NCBI RefSeq assembly: GCF_009914755.1
Contig: NC_060935.1
Source of the DNA: the human T2T-CHM13v2.0 reference genome, Homo sapiens
Length of the DNA: 64,000 nt
Reading direction: 5' to 3' (one strand)
Part shown: positions 28,276 to 42,744 of the stretch, one piece after another
How positions within the stretch are numbered: the stretch's first letter is position 1
Layout of the letters: the number at the start of each line of letters is the position of its first letter
Program-made: the position numbers and the translations under genes
The notes under the pieces: model-generated
Database searches by the model: none
Seen by the model: the letters and a program-made list of their open reading frames with translations, nothing else
What the model was told of the DNA's origin: nothing

Positions 28276-28811
28276 GTTTTCTCAGATTTCTCCTCAGCCT
28301 CGACACCTGTGCTGACAAGATCAGCTTCAAGACCCTTAATTGCATTTTTAAGAAGCCATACTTTCTTCCCTTTGGTGACCAATTGGTGTGATGTCTAATG
28401 GAAGATAATGTTACAGTTCAGCTACATATGATTTCACTGTAGATTCCATTTCAAAAATCGGTCTTTGCTTCTCTAAGGAGGAGTGCTTTGACTATAAGAC
28501 ACTCGAATGCCAATACAATAGACCTAACAGTTAATCTCTTTGAGCTAATAGTCATGTCCTAGGCATAAAAATTTGCTTTATAAATAATGTTATTAGGTTA
28601 GTAGATTAGAAGAAAACTAGTTCTCAGTTTCAGCAAGTATCACAAAAATTAATCAATAAATCGATTGAAGCATAATCAATAATATGAAGAAATGGGAACT
28701 GATTTAACCTGGGAAAGTGGCATGATGGCTATCAAATAATACCTTGGTAGGATATGGCGTAAATGTAAACAAAAAGTTGAGAAACAGTCACACTGTTTTC
28801 CAAAGTGATTG

Positions 28812-29511
28812 TGTTAGGGTAAGTAGTCAGACAGGCATGAGGAGGACAGGAGAGGCCCCCCGCTCCAGGAATGTCAGGTGTCTATCAGGTGATGGTCATG
28901 CAGTTGTTAAACTGTCTCTCTAAAATAAGAATTGGTCACAGCCAGCACCAGGGAAAGACAGTCTCCCAATTGATAGAAAACAGCTGAAGCTGGTGATCAG
29001 TAGCTTCCCGATAAGATCTCAGGAGGTGGACAAGCCGACTCAAGCATGCACACTATGAGGCAAAATGGCAGAGTTTAACTGGTATATGACCTTCCTCTAG
29101 GAATACTCAACTGGCTAGGGAAAAATACCTCCAGTGAGCATGCATGGAACACCAGTAAGCACACTGTGCATGTGGCCCCTCCGAAGTGCTGGCATGCCAC
29201 TGTGCCTGCAGACACCCACCCCAAGGGAAGGATCAGGAGAGACACAAATCCGGAAGCATGCCAACATAGAAAAGCCCAAGTCAAAGGCCGCACAGCACAC
29301 TTGGATCTCACAAATCACACACTTCATCCTCTTTGAAGTGCACTTTACTTCCTTTGACCCTGCTCTAAAACTTTTTAAATAAAATTTCACTCTTGTTCTA
29401 AAACTTGCCTCAATCTCTCACTCTGCCTTATGCCCCTTGGATGAATTTTTTTTCTCTGGGGAGGCAAGAATTGAATTGCTGCAGACCCATACGGATTTAC
29501 CAATGTTAACA
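28812..29511 (+). mobile_element. MER50 ERV1 solo LTR
   Basis: tgttagggtaagtag...caggaatgtcagg...taaca; 4-bp TSD attg at 28808-28811 and 29512-29515. Confidence 0.85.
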
Positions 29512-32500
29512 ATTGTACCATTTTTACATTCACACCAGCAATGAATGAGGGTTCCAATTTCCCCATATCCTTCTCAACTCCTGTTATTGTCCAAAGTATT
29601 GTAGCTCTTCTATGGTTGTGAAGAAGTATTTCATAGCGAGTTTAATTTGAGTTTTCCTAATGACTAATGATGTTGAATATTCTTCATGTGATTAATGGCC
29701 ATTTGTATATCTTCCATGAAGAAATGTGTGTTGAAATTCTTTGTACAATTTTTAAACTTTTTATTTTGAAGTATTTACAGATTCACAGTAAGTTGCAAAG
29801 ATAGTAAAGAAAAAACTAGTACATTTTAATGTAACAGAGGAAGAAAATTTAATTGATATGGTTTCTGATTATACATTGCAACTACTTTTTAAGAAAGTAT
29901 CACTTGTTGAGTTTTGGTATACTATCAAAGAACAATATCCACAACTATCACACAATCTATGAAAATCCTCCCTTTTTCTACTACAATCTGTGTGAAGCCA
30001 GATATTCTTTACATACTTAAAAATATATATATACTGTAACTGATTAAATGTAAAACCAGATATAAGGCTGTAGCTGCGTTCTAAGAAACATGCAAAGCTA
30101 TAAAGCAATGTCATTCTTCTCATTAATGTTTTGTAAAACAATATAGCTATTTTTCATAAAAATTACTTATGCTAACATGTAATGAAATTTGTGTTGCTAT
30201 TTTTCAAAGAATTAAAAAGCATTGATTTTTTGTCAGTTTTAGTTTGTCATGTGGAAGTATTGCTGCATATCCCTCATGAACAAAAGCTCTTTGGAATCCT
30301 CAACAATTTTAAGCATGTAAAAAGGCCCCGAGACCACAGAGTGTGAGAATTGCTGCTCTAAGTGTTACCCTGGGGAGACAGGTGTGGGTGAGCACTGAAC
30401 CCCGAGGCAATGAGGACAGTGTGGCGTCCTTAGGAAGCCGGTGGGTTATGTGAACACAGAGAGAGGGAGGGGAGGACTCTGAAGACAGAAGTCGGCGGTT
30501 TCTCACTGGCACATACATGCACACATGTAAACTCCACTCATTGAGAAAAACTAGGAAGGAAGAGAATATCTGACAGCCTAATTTTCTAACTGTATAAATG
30601 CAGTACTGTACACATGAAAACTCAAATCCGTAGCCTGTCTGCACAGCTCTCAGGCTCTGGGGTTGTCACCAAAACACTACAGTGACACCCTGCTCTGCTT
30701 CCTCTGATGGCTGCACCCGACTCAGTCAGGCTCCCAGGTTCCCTCCTCTTTGACCGGGCCTGCCAGGGTGCCTCCTTCCTCTTTGAAATGCCTCCACAGT
30801 TCCTCCCATCTGCCTGCAGGAGGCATGCACCTCCTCGGCTTCCCCCTCCCTTGCTCTGCCTGCAAGAAGCACAGATGCCTTTGACAATGATACTTACATT
30901 GCTGAACTCTGCTGGGAACTAGCTAAGGGCAATGGGAGTGACCCGTGTGGAGAGGTTATGAGCCTCCAGGACTTGTGAGGCTCCACCCAACCCAAGAGGG
31001 ATTTCCCAGAGGCCCCTTTCTTCCCGGGGGGTGAGGAGAACTTTGGCTCAGGTATCAGAAATCCCATCCAAGTCCTGACTCTGGTAGCAGCATTAGTCTT
31101 TCTGAGTGTCATTTCTCATCCACAACATGGGTGATGAATTCTCCTTATATTAATCAAAGAAATACATATGCAAGTGTTTTTAAATATAAAACTCTATCAG
31201 TGTAAGCCACGTTATTATGAATAAATCTAAAAGTACGTTCGCAAACCTAATTCAATGGGTCCTTGTGATTATTTCATAAACTAACATAAAGGTAGCCGAC
31301 TATGAGGTAACGCAGCAGAAATGCAAAAGATCTAAGTAGCATTGTTTATACGTGTGTGTGTGTATACTTGGAAATCAGAAGAGTATTCCACATTCTCTTC
31401 ATTTCTTTGAGCCAAGGGTACTTGATTGATTAGTTTAAATATTAAATATGCTCGTTTGTTTTCTCTCAGTTGGACTTCTCTCTGAAATATATTTCCTTTC
31501 TTCATTTCATTTCAGAATTTGCTTGGAACCACAGTTTAAAAAAATGTGAAATAAGGCAGCTGGACTTTTTGTGATTTAAAATCATAGTGATGATGATGAT
31601 GATAAATGAAAGCACATATCACTTTGGGGGAAGAGCAGACTGAAGGAAGGAGTGGACGGTGCAGCCATGAAGAAGCATGCATACCTTGTATGCTACACTG
31701 AGTTTCGCCATATGCCTCTACAAAGTATCAGGTTTTCAGAGGTGCGAGTTCTCAAGGAAAGACTTTAGGTCACCATGCCTTAAATGTGGGTGGCTATGTT
31801 GGAAAAAAACATTTAACTTATTTCAATTGCCTGGACTGTACAGAGGAAGAGAATCAATTCTAAGTTAACTGAGTCCCAAACAACATACAGCTGTGTAGAT
31901 TAGGTTTTATATCGTGAAATGCATTCTTCAGTAATGAGGAAACTCGTGTGGACTTCAGAAATGAGAAAAGTCTTCTCAGTCCAAGAAAGCTTTAGGAGCA
32001 GCATCTGCGTCCTGCAGAAAAGATAGACTGGAGCTAGCACAAGTCAGAGTTTGATTATTACAGCAGCTTCCTACTTTGCCAGACGGAGCTTTCTTGAAAG
32101 CACACATGAAATTCTAACGTTAAAGGTTAGCAAAGGCTAGTGTTTTGTAAGAGACAAATGAGAGTACACAATGAAAATATTATCTTCCTAATTACACTTT
32201 ATATTTCAGGGACAGTTTTCAACAAAATACTTCCCGTATTTCACATGTTCTTAATTTTGTAAACACGCCTATTCATTTCCATCATTTTCTCAACGGTACT
32301 ATGGGCTCAGCTACATATATATATGAGACCTCAGCTTCCTAGCCCTAATACTAACCCTTTCATTTTCTGCTTTCAATTCATTAAAAAAGGGGAAAATGCA
32401 ACAAAGCATTCAAATAATTGCATGCACAATATTACCATACAAATACCTGCACAAGGCTGACACACTAGGCCATTAGCTGACAGGCAGCACTTCATAAGAT

Positions 32501-33989
32501 CTCTGGAAAGGTTAATACATCAACTGTGGTAGGAAAGACTGAATTTCGTGTATGCAAAGCAGCTTATGAGAGTCAGGTGTAATTATGTAAGTAAATATTT
32601 CTAAAAAGCTGAATGTATGGAAGTTAAAGATGCTTTACTGAGATTGTCTGTTGATGCCTTTCTATTGCAGGGAACTTAATAACTTGCAGACAGCCACACA
32701 CTTCTCATGTTCCTGAACCTGATGCAGAACAAAGGCCTGGAGGGCCAGTTTTCATCTCAAAACTTGAGTTATACTATGTGCCCACTGATTCATATCCCGC
32801 TTGCCTTATTCAGTAACTGATTTTTAAATGGAACAACGTTTGACATGACTTTTTAAGAAGGGTGTTCTTAAGTCATTATAGAGAGGGAAAATATGATAAC
32901 CTTATTAAATTACCTGCCTTTGTAGACTGGGTAATGTCGCAGGCCTGTCCCCCGAAGGCCTGTATTGAGACAAGATGCATAGTGAAAGCCACGGCAATCC
33001 ATTACGTCCTGCTTCAAGGTGAGTGTGGCAAGAGGAAAACTTTCCCTCCAAAGCCTCTAGAGGAAAACTAACTCAAACTGGAGGGACTGAGGCAGCAGGA
33101 AACGCAAAAGGTAGGGGTACTTTTAGTTTCCCAGGATTCATTTTACCAAAAAAGCTGTTTGAACGCTTGGGGACACCAGAAAAGCTAGATTCACGTAACT
33201 GTACTTACTGTTTAACTACCACCACCCCACATAAAACATTCCATAATCATGACCTCAATCAGCTCCGAAATGTGACACATAAAACGTTATGACATAATAG
33301 AAGGCATTCAGTAAATACTTGTTTACTCCTTTGAGGTAGTAGGCAAAATTTTGTTTCTCTTTTTGTAACAAAAAAGATTTAAGTGCGAAGAGATTTGGAG
33401 AAACTGCAACTAAAATGCTATACAAACTAATATATTGTACAAGGCCACGATTTGCCAGGGACTTTTGCAGATATTTTAATTCACTGTATCTCATTTAATC
33501 CCACCAACTGTCTCCCAAAGTAGATATTTTCATTTGCGTTTTCACAGATGAAGGAATCAAAACTCAAAATGTTAAATAACTCGTGTTCTTTATTTAAGTT
33601 AAATGTAGCAGTTTCTAAACACCAGGCTCTCGGGATGTTTTATAACAAAGCCCTTACTTGAGGAAATGGGGTATAATATAAAGACAACTTTCTTTAGAAG
33701 GGCTAGGCGCTTGTTTTCAAAGCTGGGCTTCTTCATTTATTAGCTAAGGGACACCAGGTTAGTTATTTCTGAATTTCAGTTTCCTCGACTGAAAAACAGG
33801 AAAATAACTCCTATGTGTTAAGGTTATATTGACTATTCAAAATAATTATGTATTCAAAAATGTCTACATATGTATATGCTTATAAATACAAATATACATA
33901 TATACTTGCATCCAAATAGATGTTTGCCTGTATGTGTCTCACTTTGTCTGGCACAGTGTATGAGATCCACTATTTAAAACTGCTTTTTT

Positions 33990-34322
<333 letters not shown>

Positions 34323-35534
34323 TTAAGCTAGTTAACTGAGTATGAAAATAAGTTTACTCCTACTGGATGCTGGTACTTGTTTAGTCTTTTTGTTTTCCTT
34401 TAAATCATTTCTTCGAGTTACATTGTATTAATCTGAATATTCTCTTAACTTGAATTAGCAAACATCTTCAATTTGCATGTTTACCAGCCTTTAAATTTAG
34501 AATGATGTTCTGCACAACAAAAGCAATGGTAGCAAGGAAGCTAGAATGACACAGTTTTTAAATGGCTTTTAAGAGGACATTTTAATTTCAGAAGAAAAAA
34601 ATACCATGTATTTTAGACATATTTTCCCATGTGTTAATTATTACTTTTAATAATTAGTATTTTTTCAAAGAACCCAACAATTTTGACCACTTCTCCATGT
34701 TAGCTGTTGGCTTACGTCTGCACTGCAGATGGGAACCAAGTTTCGGGTAGGCTGGGTGCATCATCTGTTTCCAATTTGACTTCGTTTTGAAATATTCCAA
34801 TGTACAGTATCTGGATTTCCTACCAATGAAAGTGGTACGGCAATCCTTAAAGATTCACACAGGTTAGAGCTGGACAGGCTCATAAACATCATCGTATCTA
34901 GCTCTGTCATCTATACGAAAAAAAAAAAAAAAACTCTGAGAGTACAAGAGGTGCACATGGCATCTCATAGGTCAAACTGCTAGTTGGGATAAATTCAGGA
35001 TGAAGCAAGATTCCAGCTCAGGGTGCTTTCCATTGCTTGTGGCCCAGCATCCTAGCTAGGACACAGGCAGCTGAGAAAGATGGTGGGCTGGGGAGATATT
35101 TCGGACGTGGCACTACTGTCACTTCAAAGCATGCTAATAAGATTTTAATGGGGCCTGTCTCCTGGTCTGCGCTAGCCTTCCCTTGCCTCATCACTGTGAG
35201 TTACAGAAAAAAGCCCCTGGCAGCTAAACTCTTCTCTAAAGCTTTTCTCTTTGGCTTAAAATATTTCAAATCCTTACACACAAGTGAGACCTAAAGTTTC
35301 CAGGCTATTCTTTCATAAAAGAAGATTATAACTCAAAAAGCTAACCCTTTATGCAGAACCTTATCTGGCATGGTTACACTGAGATATTTCTTTGAGGTTA
35401 AGAAAATATTTGCTTTAAGGAAACTACTCCTTCTACCACTGTTAAGGTGACTCTCTGCATACACTGTATGCCTGTCTATTGTTAGACTGGGTGTGGGCAG
35501 CCTCAGTATCTGCCCCACTGAGCAGTCACCATGT

Positions 35535-35616
35535 ATCAGACCCTTCCTGCCTGTAGCTACATGGCATGGGGCGTGATCAGACCCTTCCTGCCTGTAGCTA
35601 CATTGCATGGGGCGTG
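35535..35616. repeat. 41-bp tandem duplication, 2 copies, 1 mismatch
   Basis: atcagacccttcctgcctgtagctacat(g/t)gcatggggcgtg x2. Confidence 0.95.
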
Positions 35617-35861
35617 GCTCGGCCGAGGATGTGTTTGCAGCAGAAAATCCTGAGCCCAACAAGCTCACTCTGGCATCCAGGCTGGCCTTTTGCAGTGACC
35701 ACAAGTATAGTTGCATGAATTAATATACATGGGAGCTTTTGACGTAGGAGGACATGACCAAATAAACATATTCAGCTGAAAAGAGAGCTAGGCAGTGAGG
35801 ACGTGTGTGAATATGACACAACGGGTATACTGACTTCTTTCTTAGTGAAGTGATTTTGAGT

Positions 35862-36799
<938 letters not shown>

Positions 36800-36819
36800 G
36801 AGTCCAAAGATATGTTTAA

Positions 36820-36945
36820 GGCTCAAATCTGTCACTCACTCACCACGTAACTTCAGTTAAATCACTTGACATCCCTGAGCCTCAGTTTCCTCATTTATAA
36901 AATAAAAGTAGAACTATCTATGTCTCCACCTCACAGGGTTCAATC
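36820..36945 (+). mobile_element. MIR fragment
   Basis: 'tcacttgacatccctgagcctcagtttcctcatttataaaat'. Confidence 0.7.
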
Positions 36946-37481
36946 AATGCTTTGGATTATGCAAAGAAAAGTACTTTAACTGCAAAGCAGTATGTAAAAA
37001 TCAGGTCTAAAATTTCTCTGCCATTGGTCATCTATAAATTGTAGGATCTAATAGAATTGCAAGTAGGAATTCAATAAATTTGAATGAAATCATGACCATG
37101 AAGCAGGATAGGGGAATGCACTTCAGATTAAAAGAAAGAAGAAAGACACATAAAATCTTGAATCACAAAGTAAGGATCTCACTTGAAAGTGGTTCTCTAC
37201 CCAAAAACATCTATCTATTTTTTTCTATCTGGGGTTCTATGATATTCTTTGTAAGAATGGTTCCATAACAGCAACAACAACATACTGGACTTTAATGGGC
37301 GATTACTCAGCATCTACCCTGGGCCAGGCACTATGCTGAGAGCCGGAAATGCCCTATGAGTGAAGGGCTCATCTCCTGAAGCCATGCTGGTGGGAGAGCG
37401 GACAGCGAGCCCCTGGCTGCCACAGAGGGCGATAGAGCCGGCACTTGGGCATTAGCTCCGCAAGTCAGGCCGCTTTGCTGC

Positions 37482-37496
37482 ATGAGTCAGCATTTT
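37482..37496 (+). promoter_or_regulatory. ARE/MARE motif ATGAGTCAGCA with AT-rich flank
   Basis: ATGAGTCAGCATTTT in a locally CpG-retaining segment; function unproven. Confidence 0.35.
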
Positions 37497-40400
37497 AGCT
37501 TTTGATTTACCGATGCAGGCAGGTCATTCTTTTTTCCTTTTTAAAAAATATTATGAAATTTTGAAAATGAGATTTTTCGAGGGGATAAGTAGAGGAATGA
37601 ATAGATTCACACACACATACGCGCGCACGCAAACACACACATACATACATCTTACAAACTGAATTTAATAACAAGAAAATAACACTTGTAAATATCAAAT
37701 ATGGTTTGTTCATCATTCTTTCATAAGCCTTTTTCAATTCAAAAGGAGTATATTTTTGAAAACTGTACAAAGAAGAAAGTGTATTTTTCGATTTTTGCTT
37801 AGGAGGCATTTTTGCAAACACTGTAAAAACTCCATGAAAAATGTTTACTACAACTGAACAAATAGGAGAAATGAAATCATACGCTCAGCCCAACAGAGGA
37901 AACACGGCTCCTGGCCAGCTACCATCACTTCTAGGCCTCAGCATTAGCATTTAAACAGCATCATGTTTTCATGGTATTTCTGAAGCTGCCTGAATCCAGC
38001 TTACTGTTTAGAAAGTAGTGGCTCAACATTGTTAAATGCATGTAAGGCCAGTGTAGACGCTATTATCAGTCCTCTGTAGACTTGGACCTAGCACTAAACA
38101 GACTGGGGGAGTCGCCAAGACCAAGGCCAAATCGAGAGCAATGATCTGAGAACATGGCCTGCTGTCATGACGATGCAGCTCCCAGCCTATATATGAGTGA
38201 TTATAGCTCTGTAGCCAATTTCAGTGGTTTTATTATTATTAGAAAAAACTCATAGATAATGTAGAAGGAAATGGCAGGTCATCTGGCCCCTGAGAGTACT
38301 TTATCCAGTTGAGCAGTAAATGTTTCTACCACTTCCTGAGAGAGGCAATTCCACGATCTAATAATGGCTATTGCCAGGAATCTGTTTATTCCTGGTGGTC
38401 AGCTGACACTTTGTCATATTTCACTTCATCTGTGACTCTTAGAAATTTCATCTCCTTGGAGCACTCTTTAGTTCAGTCCTAGCCATCCTTCTCTCTTCTC
38501 CTCAGGAAAAAAAAAAAAGTAGCTTAAAAATGATTGCACATAAAAAGCAAGGATCCACTTTAATGCGATCTCAAATTATAGGTAGCACTTCCACATACTT
38601 GCACATAGAATTGCTTTTGATGTTTACATTATGTGGCCAACAAAAGAACATAAATTGTTTCATTCCTGAGGAAACTGAGGCAGAAAAAAAGTCAAGCCAT
38701 TTGTTCAGGTAAATTCTTTGTGAAGCTAGGGATTCTGCCACACCAAGGGGATGCTATAAAGCGCATCATGAAATCATCAAATGCTACTTGTGATCCTATT
38801 AAGCTGTGGATACACCTTGGCTATGTCATCCAAGTAGGCCCTTCTTAGCACTGCAGGTGTCTCTTTTGAAGCACTGTACCAAGAAAACAATCCCAATTGG
38901 TCATCTGGAAGTCTTGTTAGTTTTTTGTCGATTTTTGACTTTTTCATCTCAAATTGTACCAAGAGAAGGGAATCATCATAATCGACAAGGAACAATCGTG
39001 GATTTTGAAATTTGTGTTTGTGTTTTGGATGCATTATACATTTTTCACTGTGGATGTTCCTTTGCAGTTAGGTTTAGTTTTTACTAACATTGTTAATAAT
39101 GACGAATATTTGCATAACATTTTCGAATATACAGACAATTTTCAAATATTATCTTACAAGATATCATTTCCATATTGTGAGGTCCATGGAGATCAAGTAG
39201 ATTTCAATACCCTTGATTCAAAGATGAGTAAAACAAAATTCAGGAAACTTAAGCAACTTTCTTCAGGTCACACAGCTCTGAATTTGCATCTCTGTACTTT
39301 GACTTCAAGTCCCTTGATCTTCCTTCTGTATAATGTTATTGCTCATTTGTATTCACTGATCAACTTCTAAATGTGTGAGTAGTCACAGAAAGCTAGGTGC
39401 CAAGAGAAACAAGCCCAGGCTTAGACAGTTCCTTAACACAATGCATGACACATCCTTTTCACTTAGACTTGCTGAGGCCCTTTGTGATTTGAAAGCTCTG
39501 TTATAACAGGTAATAATTTGAGCTCACTTAGAGAAAAATCTCAAAAAGTTAGAGATGAGGAAAGTGATCTCTCAGAGTCTTCCAGCCACATAATTCAGTA
39601 ATAATCTGAATGTTCTTGCACACTCTGCCATGTTGCAGTTTTATTTTGCATCTGACGTCTTGATGGGAATGGAAAAGGACTGTTGGTGAGAAGAGTGGCG
39701 CTGGGAGAACTCAATTCATTAAAATGACAAGATGTTTCCTCTGTCACGGACTCAGCATCTCAGGCACTAAAATGCAATAGCCCAAAAGTGCCGAGAACAA
39801 AGGAAATCCGACTGGTGACTGCAGATTACCTAGCATGGGAATCTCACCAAGATAAATAGAAGTTACTTTCATTGAGGATGAAATAAAATGTTTGTTTTGT
39901 TTTGGGGCTGTGAAAGATGATATAAAGTTAAGCCCTCTGCCAGCAGAGCTTCAGGAAAAGTAGACTGTCAGACACATTGAATTGATTTCTTTATGGAAGT
40001 AGCTGAAAATAGAGCACACCAGTGAATCTGCTGCAATTTTCTAACATTCTAGACTGGGCTTTCAAGAAGCGGGGATGAGAGACCCAAAGAGCTGAAGGGT
40101 TATTCGTTTCTGGGTTAGGAATGGAAACCCAGTGAGTGGAACTACTTCTTGCCCTTAACTTTCCATTCCTTGGATCTCTCTGCCCACTGCCCTAAGTGTA
40201 ATGGTTCTTGTAACACCTAACCTATGTTTGAGGATACTTGATTTAATCGTGTTAGCAAGGCATTTGGAGGTTTCCAAATGAAAGGCAGTGGAAAAGTACC
40301 AAACAGTGTTATGATCCATGTTAATGAGCAGGTTGTTGGCAGGCAAAGTGAAGAAGGTCATAGAAAATGTCACTCAGTCTGCATGCAGAGAAGTGACAAA

Positions 40401-40731
40401 GAAGTTCTCTCGGGGCTCCGTGTTCAAGCCAATCTTATTTGTTAATAATAGATGCAGTAATGCTTTGATATTGTTTTGTGAAAGGTACTCTGAGAGCGTA
40501 AAGTGCTTTGCTAGCACTAATGTATTAAGCCTGCTACTTCTGTGGAAAGCGGGGAGGGGTTAAGTGTTATTTTCTCAGTTTCACAAATGAAGAAACTGAG
40601 GCACCAAGAGCTGCCTTTCCCAATTTCTCATAACTGGGCAACAAGGTCAAAAATAGAAATGATGAGAGGAATGGAATTTTTAGCCCATAAAATCATGTTT
40701 GGTTTCTAATATTTTTCCATTGAGGCTGTGA

Positions 40732-40757
<26 letters not shown>
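40732..40757. repeat. poly(T)26
   Basis: Read directly. Confidence 0.9.
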
Positions 40758-40762
<5 letters not shown>

Positions 40763-42278
40763 GGGGATATATTATATATGTTTGGGGTAAGGAGGTGCAT
40801 GAAATTCAGCAAAAAGAAAATGTTGTGAATTATCAGGTGATTGAACCCTGAACAGTGTCAGCCCTGTAGGCGCCACGTTGTTTTTAGACAAGTCACTTAA
40901 CATTCCTTTATGTCAATGGGCACTTTCTAAATAATTGAAAAAAACTTTGTTTCCTCCCTTTGTTGTGTCCCAAATAGGAATCAAAGGGTTGTCCTAGTGA
41001 AGTGTGAAGTCCAATCTAAGCTGTTCTTCTGGCCCGTGGGGAAGAACACAGTTGCACCAAATTTCTTTAGGGAAGACACTCTAAAGGGCCATTGTTTCTC
41101 TCAGCCTCTAGCACTGTGGGCTTAAAAACCCAGAAATGAGAACAGAGGGGCTGGGACTGCTCCCTTGACACATCCAGGCCAGGATGATGGGCCAGAGGAT
41201 GCTGCCGTTACTAATAGGTTTCTGCTACCTGGAGTGGATTTAGGCTGCCTTCTCTGAGAATTGTTTGACTTTGAGGGCAGGAAGTGCATGTGTCCATGCA
41301 CAAGTGTGTGTGCTTGTGTATGCATACGTGAGTGCCTGATCTCAAATTTACCCTCAGGACAGGTGGAAAGGCTTGGGTGCTGCCCAGAGGATGCGCCCCT
41401 GGAGAAGCTGTGGGGAACGTGGCCTGTTCTGAGGAATGGCATAGAAGTCTGTGAGCCAGAGAGGCATTCTCCGAATGTGGGGTATGGCGGTAACTCCATG
41501 AGCAGTTGGAGCAAAAGCACCACTGGGGGAGAAAGAGCCAGGGCTGAGAATAGAAGCCAAGAGTGGAAACTGGAGCCTCAGGGGCCACTCCCACCCCATG
41601 GGGCTAGCATGAAGAATCGAAGGAGTTTATCAGACTGGATTCCTCCTTCCAGAACATACCTGCTCTAGTGTGAAGGAAGACCCAGGCCTGGCACAGAGCT
41701 GCCAGAGAAGCAAACACCGAATGCCCATCCAGGTGACAGCCCAAGGGCAAAGAGAGTTGACACCCCGCCTCCTCCTTCCCACCAAAGTACATAAGGAAGA
41801 TGCGGAGGGCTGGTGGGAACACATAGCTTATATAACAGAGCAAAGTGAGAGCAGTATCCTGTCATCTTTAACATTACAAGGGTAAATATCGAACACCTAC
41901 ATGCATCTGAATAAAAATACTTACAACCTGGGAGGAATGACCCACAAATGGTTAAAAAAAAATGAGGATGATGAAATAATGAACCTTTTTTCCTTAAACA
42001 CAATTTGATAATTTGAACTTAGTAAGATGAGCTCCTCAAGAAGAAATACAAAAAATCCCACAGCATCATCTGTACAATCTCCTGCCTTATATCATTAATG
42101 ATCTTATTATGTGGACTGTCATTTTCTCAGCTAAATTCTGAAAGGACAAAACTGTTTTAGCTAATTGTGCACATCTCTGGAAGTGTCCCAAGCACACTCT
42201 ACATAAAGTGGGCCTCAGTGCATATGGGCAACTTGACTGCCTCAAGATTCAGAAAAATATTAGGCTGTACTGGCAGGT

Positions 42279-42320
42279 CTGAGCACAGATGCACCTCTCC
42301 TGAGCACAGATGCACCTCTC
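42279..42320. repeat. Perfect 21-bp tandem duplication
   Basis: ctgagcacagatgcacctctc x2. Confidence 0.95.
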
Positions 42321-42744
42321 ATGCTTCTTATGTTCATTTACAAAGTGTGACAAAAAATAATGATCCATGTTTGAGAAAAACAGTCAAACATCATCTATTT
42401 AAATGAGTGTAGAAATCATAATTATTACTGAATTGGGATAAATAACATCATGTAACGCCCCTTCCCTCCTATAAGCTCCACACCTACCTACTACACACTA
42501 GATTTCTTTAACCACGTGACCTCATTTCCGCAACTACATAACATAGATATTACTAATTCCAGTTTAAGCATAAGAAAGCTGACATTGGGAGAATTTAAGT
42601 AACTTGCTCAGGAATGGGGGACTAATGAGTTCAGACAGTCAGCTTGATTCTAGGCTCAAGCACGTTCTTTCCAATAAATATGAGATTACTGCCTCCATCC
42701 TGCCACTTTTCTCGAGGGCAATAAAATTAAGCCAATAAAGACTA

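Larger units (their letters stand above)
25895..29752 (-). mobile_element. L1MB-like 3' region, fragmented by nested insertions
   Basis: Reverse L1 3' motifs ('gagttgtgcaac', 'ttcaaggtccatccatgtt', 'ttccaaagtg...caccagcaatgaatgagggttcc') continue across each insertion. Confidence 0.85.
24806..30355. mobile_element. Charlie1a in three collinear pieces (~24806-25250, ~25440-25895, ~29822-30355)
   Basis: TIRs cagcggttttcaaag and gagaattgctg; pieces join (...caagatagacc / ttttaatgtaacagag...) and total ~1.44 kb. Confidence 0.8.

Noticed and set aside
37418-37436. CTCF-like motifs here and at ~48897-48913
   Set aside because: Each is one base short of or mismatched in the core
41122-42003. Cluster of overlapping 80-135 aa ORFs
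   Set aside because: Expected from locally higher GC content; no recognisable protein or splice structure
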